A stretch of 64,000 nucleotides of DNA from Paecilomyces variotii (taxonomy: Eukaryota): the NCBI GenBank assembly GCA_004022145.1, contig RCNU01000010.1; one strand, written 5' to 3'. Of this stretch, positions 24,401 to 36,307 are shown piece after piece (position 1 is the stretch's first letter; each line of letters begins with the position of its first letter). The translations under genes and the position numbers were made by a program. A model generated the notes under the pieces. The model made no database searches. It saw nothing but the letters and a program-made list of their open reading frames with translations, and had not been told where the DNA came from.

Positions 24401-25891
24401 CGTTGGAACTGAGCTTAAAGGTCTCGGCCATCCAGTCGAAGTAGTAGGCCAACGAGAAGTGACGGCCACGCACACCCTTTGGTCGACCTTCTGACCCGGA
24501 TGTGAAGGAGAGCGTGGGGGTCGAGTCTGGGCCGACAACAACGCCCACAGGCTGCGACTTGAGAGCGACTTGCTTTGAGAAGACATCCTCCCCGTTGACT
24601 GAACCGCCCAACAAGGTGCCATCGTCCTGGAGAGCCAGAGCAGGGATCTCGGTCCGGAGCTCCAGGTTCTCCGTAATGAACGATCGGACCTTGTCAGACA
24701 TTTCACCCGCATCTTTGGTAGCCTTCTCAATAATGACCAATGCGCGAGGACGGGCGACGTCCAGGTAGATGCACTGTCTTTCCGGCGGGTAAGCTGGATC
24801 GATGACGGAGAAGGTCGCTCCAGCCTTCAAGATACCCATGACGGCAACCACCAGGTCAACTCCACGGTGGGCATAGGCCATGACGACCTCTCCGCGCTGG
24901 ATGCCCGACTGGACCAAATGGTGGGCGAGGATGTTTGACGCTTCATGGATCTGCTTGTACGTAAACTCCCGGTATGGAGAACTTTCCGACTTGGTCTCGA
25001 CCACACACACTCTGTCTGGGTGTGCCTCTGCATTGCGAGAAAAGATATCATGGATGGCCCCGCGGAAATTGCCCCAATGTAGGTCCGACGTGGGGTCTGG
25101 CAGGATCGCCTTCTGCTCCGGTGTCATGAAATCGATCTTCCCAATTGCTTCATTGGGATTTGAGGCCGCATTTAGAACCAACTGAGTCAGCTGTCGCAGA
25201 ATGGTTGCTATCCGTGCGCTCGAGAAGAAGCGCTGGTTGTAGTATGCTCCCAGTTCCCCTTCAGCCACAGATGGACCCGAAGCCACGTTGATGACAACAT
25301 CAGTCGTCTCGAAGGTATTGGCAGGATACTCTTGGGACGCAGCAGGCGCTTCGTATGCGGCAAAGCGGAACAGGATAGGCTCTCGTTCCGAGTTGGTCTT
25401 CTGCTGGATATAGGTGCGGAGGTTTCTCAATGGAGCGATATCTGCGGCTCCTTCTTCAAAGGCCTTGTCTGTATTAGAACCAGCCGTGGAAGGGGGGCGA
25501 TCAAGAAAAAACATACCTTGGTCACCTTCGCGCGCAGCTGCTCGAATGATTCACTGGCATCAATTGGCACTCTGAGGACGAATGGACGGCCATCGTCGGC
25601 GGAGCTGGTACCGATGGCAATGTCCTCATCTCCGGTCAGACGCGCGACGAGAATCACAAACGCCGTCAAGAAGACGGAGAACGTCGATTCCGAGGACTGA
25701 GACAGCTTCTGCAGTGCCGACTGAGCATCCTGGGGCAGCTTCAATGATTCGAAAGCCTCAATTGCTCGCTTGGCCACATCGGGTTTCTGTGTCTCGGGAT
25801 AATCTCGGGTGAGGGGGGAGACGGTGAGGTTCTGCAGTCTCTGCGCCCATCGTTCAAGGCGCTCTTGCGCCCGGGCAGCTTCAGCAACCAT
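21442..25891 (-). CDS. LYS2: L-alpha-aminoadipate reductase (A-T-R domain NRPS-like enzyme)
   Basis: A domain (LSFTSGSEGRPKG, NMYGTTE, YRSGDLGRY, GRADDQVKIRGFRIELGEI), T domain (FFDLGGHS) and R domain (TGATGFLG, YGQSKW). Introns 25464-25516, 22126-22186 and 21746-21800. Confidence 0.97.
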
Positions 25892-25954
25892 GATTGTATA
25901 AACTGAAGAACTGGAAGCGTTTCCAGCTCTCCGGCCGTCTGTATGGTTGCGGAG

Positions 25955-25961
25955 TGAGTCA
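25955..25961. promoter_or_regulatory. Gcn4/CpcA response element (TGAGTCA) upstream of LYS2
   Basis: Exact TGA(C/G)TCA, ~65 nt upstream of the LYS2 ATG. Lysine biosynthesis genes are known cross-pathway-control targets. Confidence 0.6.
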
Positions 25962-26510
25962 ACTTGGAGGGGCACGAGAGCGACTCAAAAAAGCGGCCGA
26001 TTTCGCTTTGGAGCTTTTCCCCACGCGGCAATTGGTAATTAATAATTACCGTAACTTACAGGACATTGATTGATTACATACGCTGACCGTACCTGGTAAT
26101 TTATAATGATACCCTGGCGTCACCGCCTTTAGATAACGGCAGTAACTATGCCTATTCTGGACACCGCCGGAACAACATTGATACTCCCTGCTCAGCCTCG
26201 CGCACCGCCGCGCGTGGCGTCTCCCACGCCTGATCGCGTGTTTGCATAGAAAGAAGGATCAGGAAGTACTGAACGAGCCCGACTCGCTCAGTGTTCGTCG
26301 TTCTCCCGCGTGGATTCCGTGAGTTTTGAGGGCCCAATGATCATCCCATCTGCCTGAGAGCACAAACTAATGCACAGATCTAGCCTCTACTTCACGGTCG
26401 AGGCGGGCAGTCCACCAGGAGACGAGTGCCATCTTTCCTCATCTTGAATCCCCCCGGCCCCTGGCCTTCCGCTCGTTCTCAGGCTCCGGGACCTTTTCCC
26501 CGACGTGAAG

Positions 26511-28362
26511 ATGATTCCTCATCGCACCATCTCCCTCGTTGCTATCGTCGTTTTCTTTGCCTTTCTGCTACTGATCTTCTCTTCTACTCCGATCTCCGAT
26601 CAATCGTCGTCACCAGTCTTCGGGCCTGCCAAATATGTTCCGCATCCGAAGCTGCCATCCTTGAGCAACATCCGCTTCCCGTTTCGTCCAGCAGCGCACC
26701 GTCCTCCGGAACAGAAGAACAGTACCAGCGGAGAGTCCAGCTGGTTTAGTGACTGGAGCTGGCTCAATCCCTTCTCGTCATCTATCACCCTGGACGAGAA
26801 CCGCTCCGTCCTGCCACCGCTGCGGGAGCGGCCCCCGGTTTACACCTATTATGACAACAATGGACAGAATGACAAGGACGAGCAGGCAGCAGATAGCAAG
26901 CTGCTTCTGGCCTGGCGGAGGGCGTGGTTTGCGCAGGGCTTCCGTCCGGTTGTCCTGAGTCGTGGAGAGGCGATGAACAACCAACTCTACGAGGCTGTGC
27001 AGAGACTCAAGTTGGATCCCCAGCTGGAAGCTCATTTCTTTAGTTGGCTGGCTTGGAGCCACATGGGCACAGGCATCCTTGCAGACTGGCGGTGTTTCCC
27101 CATGGCTAAGTATGACGACGAGCTGCTGTCGTATCTGCGCCGTGGTGCTGTCCCTACTCATATCACCCGCTTCGAAAACCTCGATAGCGGGCTTTTTGCA
27201 GGAGAGAAGACGCGCATTGACGAGGCCCTCAAGGAGGCGATCAAGAACGCGAACGATCACGCTAAATCCATCACCGAAATTATCCCGCCCGATTTCTTCA
27301 AAGTAGAGCAGCCCAGTGCGCTGGCTTTCTACGATTCCGCAACTATCACGTCCCACTACCCGACCCTCGCTGAGAAGCACGTGGACTCTTCCGCTGCAGG
27401 CCGCCTCGCGTTGACGGAATTAATTAACTCTCATTTGCACAATACTTTCCAGAACACCTTCGTCTCCGGTATTGCTGTTCTCAAACCGTTCCCGGAACAT
27501 ACCACCGCCCTGGTCGAGCCGGTGCTGCTCCTCGCAAAGGCCCTCATCCAATGTCCTCCGTCGACACTGCCTACCTCGTGTCCCCCCAATCGTCCCAAAT
27601 GCGTTCCCTGCGCCTCAGCCAAGGCGATGCCGATCACCCAGCCGTCCGTATTCAAAAACACTTCTGAGATCTTCACGATTGGTGCCATCCCGCACCCGTA
27701 TACCTTGATCAGTCTGCTGAAGGGATCTGATGATATCAGCACCCGGTATATTCGACGAGAGACACAGCGTGATCAGTGGTTGAAGGAAGTCACCCTCGAC
27801 TTGCTTGGCACAGAACGTGGAGGCCCTTCCCGAGTAGTGACATTCAAAGAGGCCGTCGCTGGAGACGCTGCGGTCCCTCGTTCGCTATGGATGACTGTCG
27901 AATCCCTTCCAGCTAAAGCGGGAGAGGGTCTTTCGCCCTCTCTTCTGGACGAGATGGAGTGGCAATTTGGATTTGCTATCCCGCGGAACACACAAGCGGG
28001 CGAGAAGAAGGAGAAGGAGAAGGAGACGAGGGAGACGAAGGAGACGAAGGATGGAAAGGGCGCCGTAGGTGCCAAGGATGGTGTCGACAGAGAATATATT
28101 CTGCTCGACAAGGCTCGAGAAGTACTCAGGAGCAAAGACACAAACCGGATTGGTGTCCGAGACGTGGCTGAAGCCTGGAATCTTGCCGATACTGAGGCAT
28201 GGCGCTTCGTGAGGGCTTATCGGTAAGTTGAAGATCCGTGTATCTTTACATCTCTTGGTGGCCGACTAACTTTGCTGTAATGACAGGGCCCGAAGTGTGG
28301 TCGAGCGCAAGAAGTGGGAGGAAGAGGAAAAGAACTTTGTCGGCGCGCGCATGGAAGAGTAG
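26511..28362 (+). CDS. Uncharacterised type II membrane protein (possible glycosyltransferase fold)
   Basis: N-terminal TM helix (ISLVAIVVFFAFLLLIF), S/P-rich stem, then a globular region. Intron 28223-28286; last exon ARSVVERKKWEEEEKNFVGARMEE*. Confidence 0.75.
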
Positions 28363-28882
28363 ATGAACCATCAATCTCTTCTCGTATATGAGGCGCCGCG
28401 CCAAGCTTTAGGACACGCATCTAATTTCCTTTTCTCTTGTCGGGTCATCTACTTTCTCTGTTTAGCATACCAAGTATTCGGCCTTTTGTATATTTCCACT
28501 TGCTTTCCTTGTTATGGAGATTCGGACCGGCGTCTATATCTGAGTCTTCTTTGGGAGGTCTACATGTACCTTCCTCAATGGCTGGGAGTAAAAGCGATAT
28601 GTTTACGGATCAGACAGCTCTCTAGAGATTATTTACTGTCCTTCCAAGGACACCGGATCTGAATTCAGCTACCTGCACTGCAGCAGCAGTCGACGCTTTT
28701 GCCTTATTCTGGGTTGAACGAGGTGAGATGATGACGAAACCTTTTAATTATTCAAGATATTCTTCAATCCTCGGCTTCGAAACTGAATAATTAAAGTCGC
28801 ATCTTCAGCAAGGCGAACACACGAAGGAGGCGTGAATCCTGTAGCTAATAATAATAATATACAGCAGCCGAGACTTGGCCTG

Positions 28883-28993
28883 TCGGCAGGTGGCGATCCC
28901 CGCACAGGAGGTCGGCGATAAGCTCCCGGCGTGGAGAGGCCGGCGGAGTCCCGATAAGTAAGTGAAGCCTAAGCAGGTCGGTTGATGATTATC
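28883..28993. promoter_or_regulatory. Putative AreA GATA sites and a near-consensus UaY site in the xanthine dehydrogenase promoter
   Basis: GATAAG at 28917 and 28953, TTATC at 28989. TCGG-N6-GCGA at 28883-28896 is one mismatch from TCGG-N6-CCGA. Confidence 0.45.
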
Positions 28994-29283
28994 GATTGCT
29001 TGCTTTGATGGTCATTCTCATCCAGATCGGTATTCTGGACAGCTTCTTTCTTCTCTCTTTTCTCTTTCTTTCATAAATCTCCTCTGTTCGGACCCCCCTT
29101 GTGGTTGGTAGTTTTGTATATTCAATCATCCCTACTCTCGATTCCAGACGATCTCCACTCGACTCCGCCCAACGGCCAGACCGATAATTAGCTTGATGAT
29201 CATCAATCACATCGCAACAGTCTACCTCTCTTGAAGTAAGATATCCTGACATCAACGTCCTCGACAGCAATTAGCTCTTCGGT

Positions 29284-32200
29284 ATGGCTCCAGGTGTCGT
29301 TGACACGCCGCACCCTGCGGTAGCCCCCGATAAGGCTGTATCGCTGGCACGCTTGACGGAGGACTACGACGACACTCTGCGCTTCTACCTCAACGGGACG
29401 AAGATCACGTTGGATTGTGTCGATCCGGAAATCACACTTCTCGAGTATCTAAGAGGGATAGGGTTAACGGGAACGAAACTCGGATGTGCTGAGGGCGGCT
29501 GTGGTGCTTGTACAGTGGTATGTTTTTCATCAACCACTAGGACTAGATTACATATGTCTCCTTTCTTTCCCTCTTTTCCCCCGCGGGCTTATAGTACAGG
29601 AGACCTATGTACTGGGAGATCTCTGACAGGTAACAGGTTGTGTCACATATAAATCCGACGACAAAAAAGCTCTACCATGCATCCGTCAACGCTTGCCTGG
29701 CACCCTTGGTCAGTGTGGATGGGAAACATGTCATCACCGTCGAAGGCATTGGAGATGTTAAGAATCCACATGCGATCCAGCAGAGGATGGCTGTCGGGAA
29801 TGGAAGCCAATGTGGTTTCTGTACGCCGGGCATTGTGATGGTAAAACGACCAGATTATCATTGTCTCGCAAATACAGCTGAACTGATTGTGGTATTTGAC
29901 AGAGTCTCTATGCACTTATTCGTAACAACCCTGAACCTTCTGAACATGTCGTGGAAGAGGCATTCGATGGGAATCTTTGTCGGTGTACGGGCTATCGACC
30001 TATCTTAGATGCGGCGCAGAGCTTCTCTGTCACAAAGGGCTGCGGGAAAGCCCTTGCCAATGGCGGGAGCGGCTGTTGTATGGAACAGCAGAATGGGTCA
30101 GGTGGATGTTGTAAGAGCTCGACGGCGGACGAACCCATCAATGGCGATGGGCCTACGTTTGCGCGACCAGACTTCATTCCTTACAACCCCGACACGGAAT
30201 TGATATTTCCGCCCGCACTGAAGAAACACCAATTCAAGCCTCTGGCCTTTGGAAACAAGAGAAAGAAGTGGTACAGGCCAACAACATTACAACAACTTCT
30301 AGAGATCAAGAGTGTGTATCCATCCGCGAAACTCATTGGAGGAAGTACGGAGACGCAGATCGAGGTAAAGTTCAAGGCAATGCGATACGATGCATCTGTA
30401 TATGTGGGGGATATTGCGGAGCTGCGTCAATACAGTCTTAAGGACGATCATCTGGAGTTGGGTGCCAATGTCTCGTTGACAGACTTGGAGAATATCTGTG
30501 ACGAAGCTCTCAAACTCTATGGTCCTGTCAGAGGTCAGCCTTTTAAGGCGATCAAAAAGCAGCTTCGTTACTTTGCAGGGCGTCAGATTCGAAATGTCGC
30601 GTCGCCGGCAGGGAATTTGGCGACTGCGTCTCCAATATCGGATCTCAACCCAGTCTTTGTGGCTACGAATACAACCCTTGTCGCTAAATCTTTGGGGAAA
30701 GAAACAGAAATTCCGATGACGCAGTTCTTCAAAGGATATAGAACCACTGCTCTTCCACCCGACGCTGTCATTGCCAGTCTCCGTATTCCGGTCGCCAGCG
30801 ACAAAGGCGAGTTCATTCGAGCATACAAGCAGTCGAAGCGAAAAGATGACGATATCGCTATTGTAAATGCTGCCCTCCGCGTGTCATTGTCAGAATCGAA
30901 CAACGTTAAGAGCTGCAGTCTGGTGTATGGTGGCATGGCACCCATGACTGTCTCTGCGAAAACGGCTGAAGAGTATCTGGTGGGAAAGAAATTTACCGAT
31001 CCATCTACCCTGGAAGGCGTCATGAATGCTTTGGAACAGGATTTTGACCTGAGATTTGGAGTTCCTGGCGGCATGGCCACCTACCGAAAAACTCTCGCCA
31101 TGTCATTTTTCTACCGCTTCTATCACGACGTACTTTCCAAACTGGAGGCCAAGGCGCTGGGAGCTGACCAGGAAGCAATTGAAGAGATTGAAAGAGCTAT
31201 ATCTACTGGCAAGAAAGACCACGATGCTTCTGTGGCGTATCAACAGAGAATCTTGGGAAAGCCAACAGCCCATGTGTCTGCATTGAAGCAGTGTACTGGA
31301 CAAGCTCAGTACACGGATGATATTCCAAACCAAAAGAACGAGCTCTATGGCTGCTTGGTGCTTTCTACGAAGGCTCATGCAAAGATTCTCAATGTGGATG
31401 CCTCGGCAGCATTGGACATACCAGGTGTCTTTGATTACATCGACCACACCTCCCTTCCAAGTCCAGAAGCAAACTGGTGGGGTGCGCCCAACCGTGACGA
31501 GGTGTTCTTTGCTGTAGATAAAGTCACAACCGCAGGCCAACCAATTGGTATCATCTTGGCGAACTCCGCAAAGGTTGCAGAGGCAGCTGCAAGAGCCGTC
31601 AAGGTCGACTACGAAGAATTGCCGGCAATTTTGACTATTGAGGAGGCCATCGAAGCGGACTCTTATTTTGAGCATTACCGATATATTAAGAATGGCGATC
31701 CCGAATCTGCTTTCAAAAGTGCCGACCATGTCTTCTCCGGTGTCTCGAGAATGGGTGGTCAAGAACATTTCTACTTGGAGACACAGGCATGCGTCGCTAT
31801 CCCCAAGGCCGAGGATGGTGAGATGGAGATCTGGAGCAGTACGCAGAATCCCACTGAAACGTAAGTACACTATACGTATTATATCAGAAGTGACCATTAC
31901 TGACTTCGGGCAGTCAAACATACGTTGCTCAAGTGGCTGGTGTAGCTGCAAACAAAGTTGTATCTCGGGTGAAGCGCCTGGGAGGCGGTTTCGGTGGAAA
32001 AGAGACCAGATCGATACAGTTGGCTGGCATTTGTGCCGCCGCTGCCGCTAAGGTCAAGCGACCGGTCCGTTGTATGCTCAACCGTGATGAGGATATCGTT
32101 ACCTCCGGACAGCGACATCCTTTCCTGTGCCGATGGAAAGTTGGAGTCAGTAACGAAGGAAAGCTTCTTGCTCTAGACGCTGACATCTTCGCCAACGGCG

Positions 32201-33597
32201 GCCACACACAAGATTTGTCCGGCGCTGTAGTGGAGAGATCACTGTCCCATGCAGATGGAGTGTACAACATCCCCAATGTCCATGTGCGCGGACGCGTATG
32301 CAAGACGAATACCATCTCCAACACGGCGTTCCGCGGTTTTGGTGGCCCTCAGGGTCTTTTCTTCGCCGAGTCTTTTGTGTCCGAAATCGCAGACCACTTG
32401 AATATTCCAGTTGAGGAGTTCCGCGCGCTTAATATGTACAACCCTGGTGACAAGACACATTTTCGCCAGGAACTCAAAGACTGGCACGTTCCTCTGATGT
32501 ACAAGCAAGTTATGGAGGAGAGTTCATACAAGGAACGTCGGAAAGCGGTGGAAGAGTACAACAGAACTCACAAATGGTCCAAGCGAGGCCTAGCTATCGT
32601 TCCGACAAAGTTCGGCATTTCTTTTACTGCTCTATTTCTGAACCAGGCAGGTGCTCTGGTCCATATTTACCATGATGGAAGCGTGCTGGTGGCCCATGGT
32701 GGAACTGAGATGGGCCAGGGACTCCACACCAAGATGACTATGATCGCCGCTGAGGCACTGCAGGTCCCCTTGGAGGATGTCTTTATCTCAGAGACAGCAA
32801 CCAATACGGTTGCGAACACTTCATCCACAGCTGCCTCGGCAAGTTCTGATCTGAACGGTTATGCGATCTTTAATGCCTGCCAGCAAATTAATCATCGTCT
32901 TCGCCCGTACCGGGAGAAGATGCCTAATGCATCTATGAAAGAATTGGCTCATGCGGCTTACTTCGACAGAGTGAACCTTTCTGCCCAAGGATACTACCGT
33001 ACGCCGGATATCGGCTACACCTGGGGTGAGAACAAGGGCCAGATGTTCTTCTACTTCACCCAAGGTGTCACAGCGGCTGAAGTGCAGATAGACACACTGA
33101 CTGGCGACTGGACACCTCTACGCGCCGATATTAAGATGGACGTAGGCCGCAGCATCAACCCAGCAATCGACTATGGCCAGATCGAAGGCGCTTTTATCCA
33201 AGGCCAAGGCCTTTTTACTACAGAAGAATCCCTCTGGCACCGTGCCTCCGGTCAGATCTTCACCAAGGGACCGGGGAACTACAAAATTCCCGGTTTCCGG
33301 GATATTCCGCAGGTCTTCAACGTCAGCCTGCTCAAAGATGTCGAGTGGGAGAATCTTCGAACGATCCAGCGTTCGCGCGGCGTTGGCGAACCCCCGCTCT
33401 TCATGGGTAGCGCCGTCTTCTTTGCTATCCGCGATGCGCTCAAAGCTGCCCGGCGGCAATGGGGCGTCACAGACGTCTTGAGTCTGCAAAGTCCAGCAAC
33501 GCCCGAACGCATTCGAGTCAGCTGTGCTGATCCAATCGTCGAACGAGCCAGGGTTCTTCCGAAGGAGGGCGAGAAGAGTTTCTTCGTGGCTATCTAG
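29284..33597 (+). CDS. hxA: Xanthine dehydrogenase (2Fe-2S, FAD, molybdopterin)
   Basis: [62 protein letters not shown] and RGVGEPPL. Introns 29518-29636, 29841-29902 and 31861-31913. Confidence 0.97.
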
Positions 33598-34123
33598 ATG
33601 ACACTCTAGGATATCCGACATACCGAGAAGCGTCCTCAAAGCTCCCTTAGATTACAATTATATACAATAACTAGACAAGTAGCAAATTTGAATTCATAAT
33701 GTTCACTCGAGTCCAGGTAATAATTTTTCTTCTCGTACGTACGATAATGATAGTTACTTGAGCTCAGTAGAGTAGCGAATCTCCAACGACCTTCAGGTTG
33801 ACCCGAACATCCTATTCTAGTAACTATAACTATGGTGAGCTAATTGATGCAGCATCGAGAAATATTAATACAGTAACTGAGCTCCGTAGTGTTTATTATG
33901 ATTCTAGGCAGAGGCTTAAGATCAGGAGAAAGAAAGAAAGAAAGAAAAAAAGCCGACAACAACAAATGCTCCTCCAACAGAATAAATCACAAATGAGATG
34001 CGATTATTACATGCAAATCCGTTGCAGTATTTTCTAGAATGAAACCTCCCAACATAAAGAATGCCAATCTGGTCAAGAAACAAGGGGGAAAAATGAACGA
34101 CCATTTCGTTGTTTTATACAAAC

Positions 34124-36307
34124 TCAAAACTTCTCACCGTACTCGACGTAACTACTCTCGCGAACAGCAGCGGCGGCATTATCGACCTTCAAGGCCGAGT
34201 CGTAGTTTCGTTGGCCTGCAAACCCGACTTTCTCATCTGGATAGTGGTCTTCGTCGCTGTCGTGGGCTACTACTCCTCTGGACACTGTAGGCATAGCAGT
34301 GAGTGGCACGTCAGTGAAGCCGTTCGCGTCTGAGAGACCGTTGCCATTATTGGGGTTGATATTCCAGGCATGGTTGTGGGTGATTCCGGCGCCTTCACCG
34401 CGCGTTCTTTCGCGAGTCCACCAGAGGGTGAGGGCGCGGATGATACCGATGAGGAGGATGAGGACCCATATAAGGAGGATGATGCTGGATATGATGGTTT
34501 CGGTCTTGATTTCGTCTGCGAGCTTGTCGACGACTCGTACTACGGCTTCGCTGATCTTGTTGCTTGTCTGGTCCCCTGGATCTGCCAGGAAGCTATTTCC
34601 CGGGTCGGAGTTGTCGCTGGCAATGCTGGCTGCTGCTCCTAGGGAGAAAGTGTCGTTGGGCATGAGGGGGAAATCAACACGAGCGTGGTCTGACACCCAG
34701 TCGAGGCCCTTTTGAATACCTTCGATCTTCAGACCGATCAGGCAGTTGAAGACTTCTTTGATAGGTTCATAGAGGAGCGTACCGCCGAAGGTCTCATTGA
34801 GGACTTTGGTTGTCTCGTCGACGAACGCGTTGAGCGTGTCATTCAGAGCCGTTGTGCTCGTGTTGACCCAGCCGAGCACATCTTTGTTGATGTCGTTGTT
34901 GGTTGTTTCGATGACTTTGTTGACTCCTATGGCCCATTGCTCTGAGGCGTTGTTCAGCGAGTCCACTACCTTGTCAGCAAAAGCGCTGACTTGGTCGGTC
35001 AACTCGGGAACGGTCTTCTCGACGCTTCTCAGTAGGATGTACTGGCACAGACAGGAGAAGAGGCCAGCGATCGCGAGACTGAGCACGAAGAGAGCCGGGG
35101 TCGAGGTCGCATATGCGAACACCCAGCGAACGAGGATCTGTCTCCGACTGTTGCTGAATCGACTGGCGGCTTTGATACCTGCTGTTGAAGTATAAGGGCG
35201 GGAGACGATGTAGACAACGTCCATCGGGTCGTGGGCGTCCCTTCGAACGAGTTGCGAACGATCTTTCATCGAGCGCCAGCGACGGATCTCGCGCCAGGCC
35301 ATGGGGATGCAAGCCAGGACGGCGGCGATGACTAGAACGGCAATGAAGATCTTTCGCGCCAAGTTGACAAGGTCCGCCACGCCGTTAAAGAAGCTATTGA
35401 TTCCATCATTATCGTTGCAGAAGGAGAGTTGTTCCTTTGCCGGCACAGGGAATACGGAGCGGTCGAATTTATACTGGACTGTGGACTCATTGATAAGCTT
35501 CTTCAGCTCTTCGAACGGTAGCCGGATCACGTTGTCTGTGAAGTTCTGAACCTGCTTGAAGTTCGGGAGGGAACTGTTGATCTTGTTGATGTCATCGTCG
35601 ATCGACGATGGAAGTTGGAGATGGTCGAGCTTGTCGAGAGAGCCATTCACGTCCAAGGTAGGAATCTGTTTGTCCGCACCCAAAGCACTGGTGACGGAGT
35701 TTATATCCTTGATGAAATCATTGAGACTGCTCTGGAAAGTGTCGATAGTTGAGTGGATATCACTGCCGATATCTGGGAGAGTCTTGTTGAGGAAGTCCGA
35801 GGCATCTTTGATCAAGCTGAGAGCGACTTCTGCGCTGCCTCGCACAGCTAGAGTGATGAGGCACAGGTAAGTCGATGTCATCGTGTTGATGAAGAATACA
35901 ACAAGCTCCTCCACACCGGTCACGGTCAGCGTCAGCATAGACATGAGGCCATTGACTGCTTTCTCAACGCCGCTGGCCGTCAACTCGTTCACTCCTTGTG
36001 ACATGTAATGCGGCATCGATGCCATTGCGCTGCCCATCGACTCGACGGTCGTGCATGCTGATAACGCCTCTCGCTTGGCGGAAGCCATGTCGTTATTCAA
36101 GCTTGATACAGCCAACAAGGTTCGCGCGAGGACCAGAAGGAGCAATATCGTCCACCTGTTGATCCATACTTGCGACAGACGCGATCGTAGTCCCAGATAC
36201 GGTGTGATGCCGTCGGGGTGCAGCGGCTGCGCAGAACCTTGGGGATCGTGCGCAGCATATGGAGGGAGTAATGGAAATATCGATCTTCCAGATCGTAAGA
36301 ATGGCAT
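34124..36307 (-). CDS. PRM1: Plasma membrane fusion protein PRM1
   Basis: [25 protein letters not shown], multiple TM segments, long helical ectodomains with N-glycosylation sites, and CLIGLKI. Confidence 0.93.
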   Translation of the reverse strand: MPFLRSGRSIFPLLPPYAAHDPQGSAQPLHPDGITPYLGLRSRLSQVWINRWTILLLLVLARTLLAVSSLNNDMASAKREALSACTTVESMGSAMASMPHYMSQGVNELTASGVEKAVNGLMSMLTLTVTGVEELVVFFINTMTSTYLCLITLAVRGSAEVALSLIKDASDFLNKTLPDIGSDIHSTIDTFQSSLNDFIKDINSVTSALGADKQIPTLDVNGSLDKLDHLQLPSSIDDDINKINSSLPNFKQVQNFTDNVIRLPFEELKKLINESTVQYKFDRSVFPVPAKEQLSFCNDNDGINSFFNGVADLVNLARKIFIAVLVIAAVLACIPMAWREIRRWRSMKDRSQLVRRDAHDPMDVVYIVSRPYTSTAGIKAASRFSNSRRQILVRWVFAYATSTPALFVLSLAIAGLFSCLCQYILLRSVEKTVPELTDQVSAFADKVVDSLNNASEQWAIGVNKVIETTNNDINKDVLGWVNTSTTALNDTLNAFVDETTKVLNETFGGTLLYEPIKEVFNCLIGLKIEGIQKGLDWVSDHARVDFPLMPNDTFSLGAAASIASDNSDPGNSFLADPGDQTSNKISEAVVRVVDKLADEIKTETIISSIILLIWVLILLIGIIRALTLWWTRERTRGEGAGITHNHAWNINPNNGNGLSDANGFTDVPLTAMPTVSRGVVAHDSDEDHYPDEKVGFAGQRNYDSALKVDNAAAAVRESSYVEYGEKF

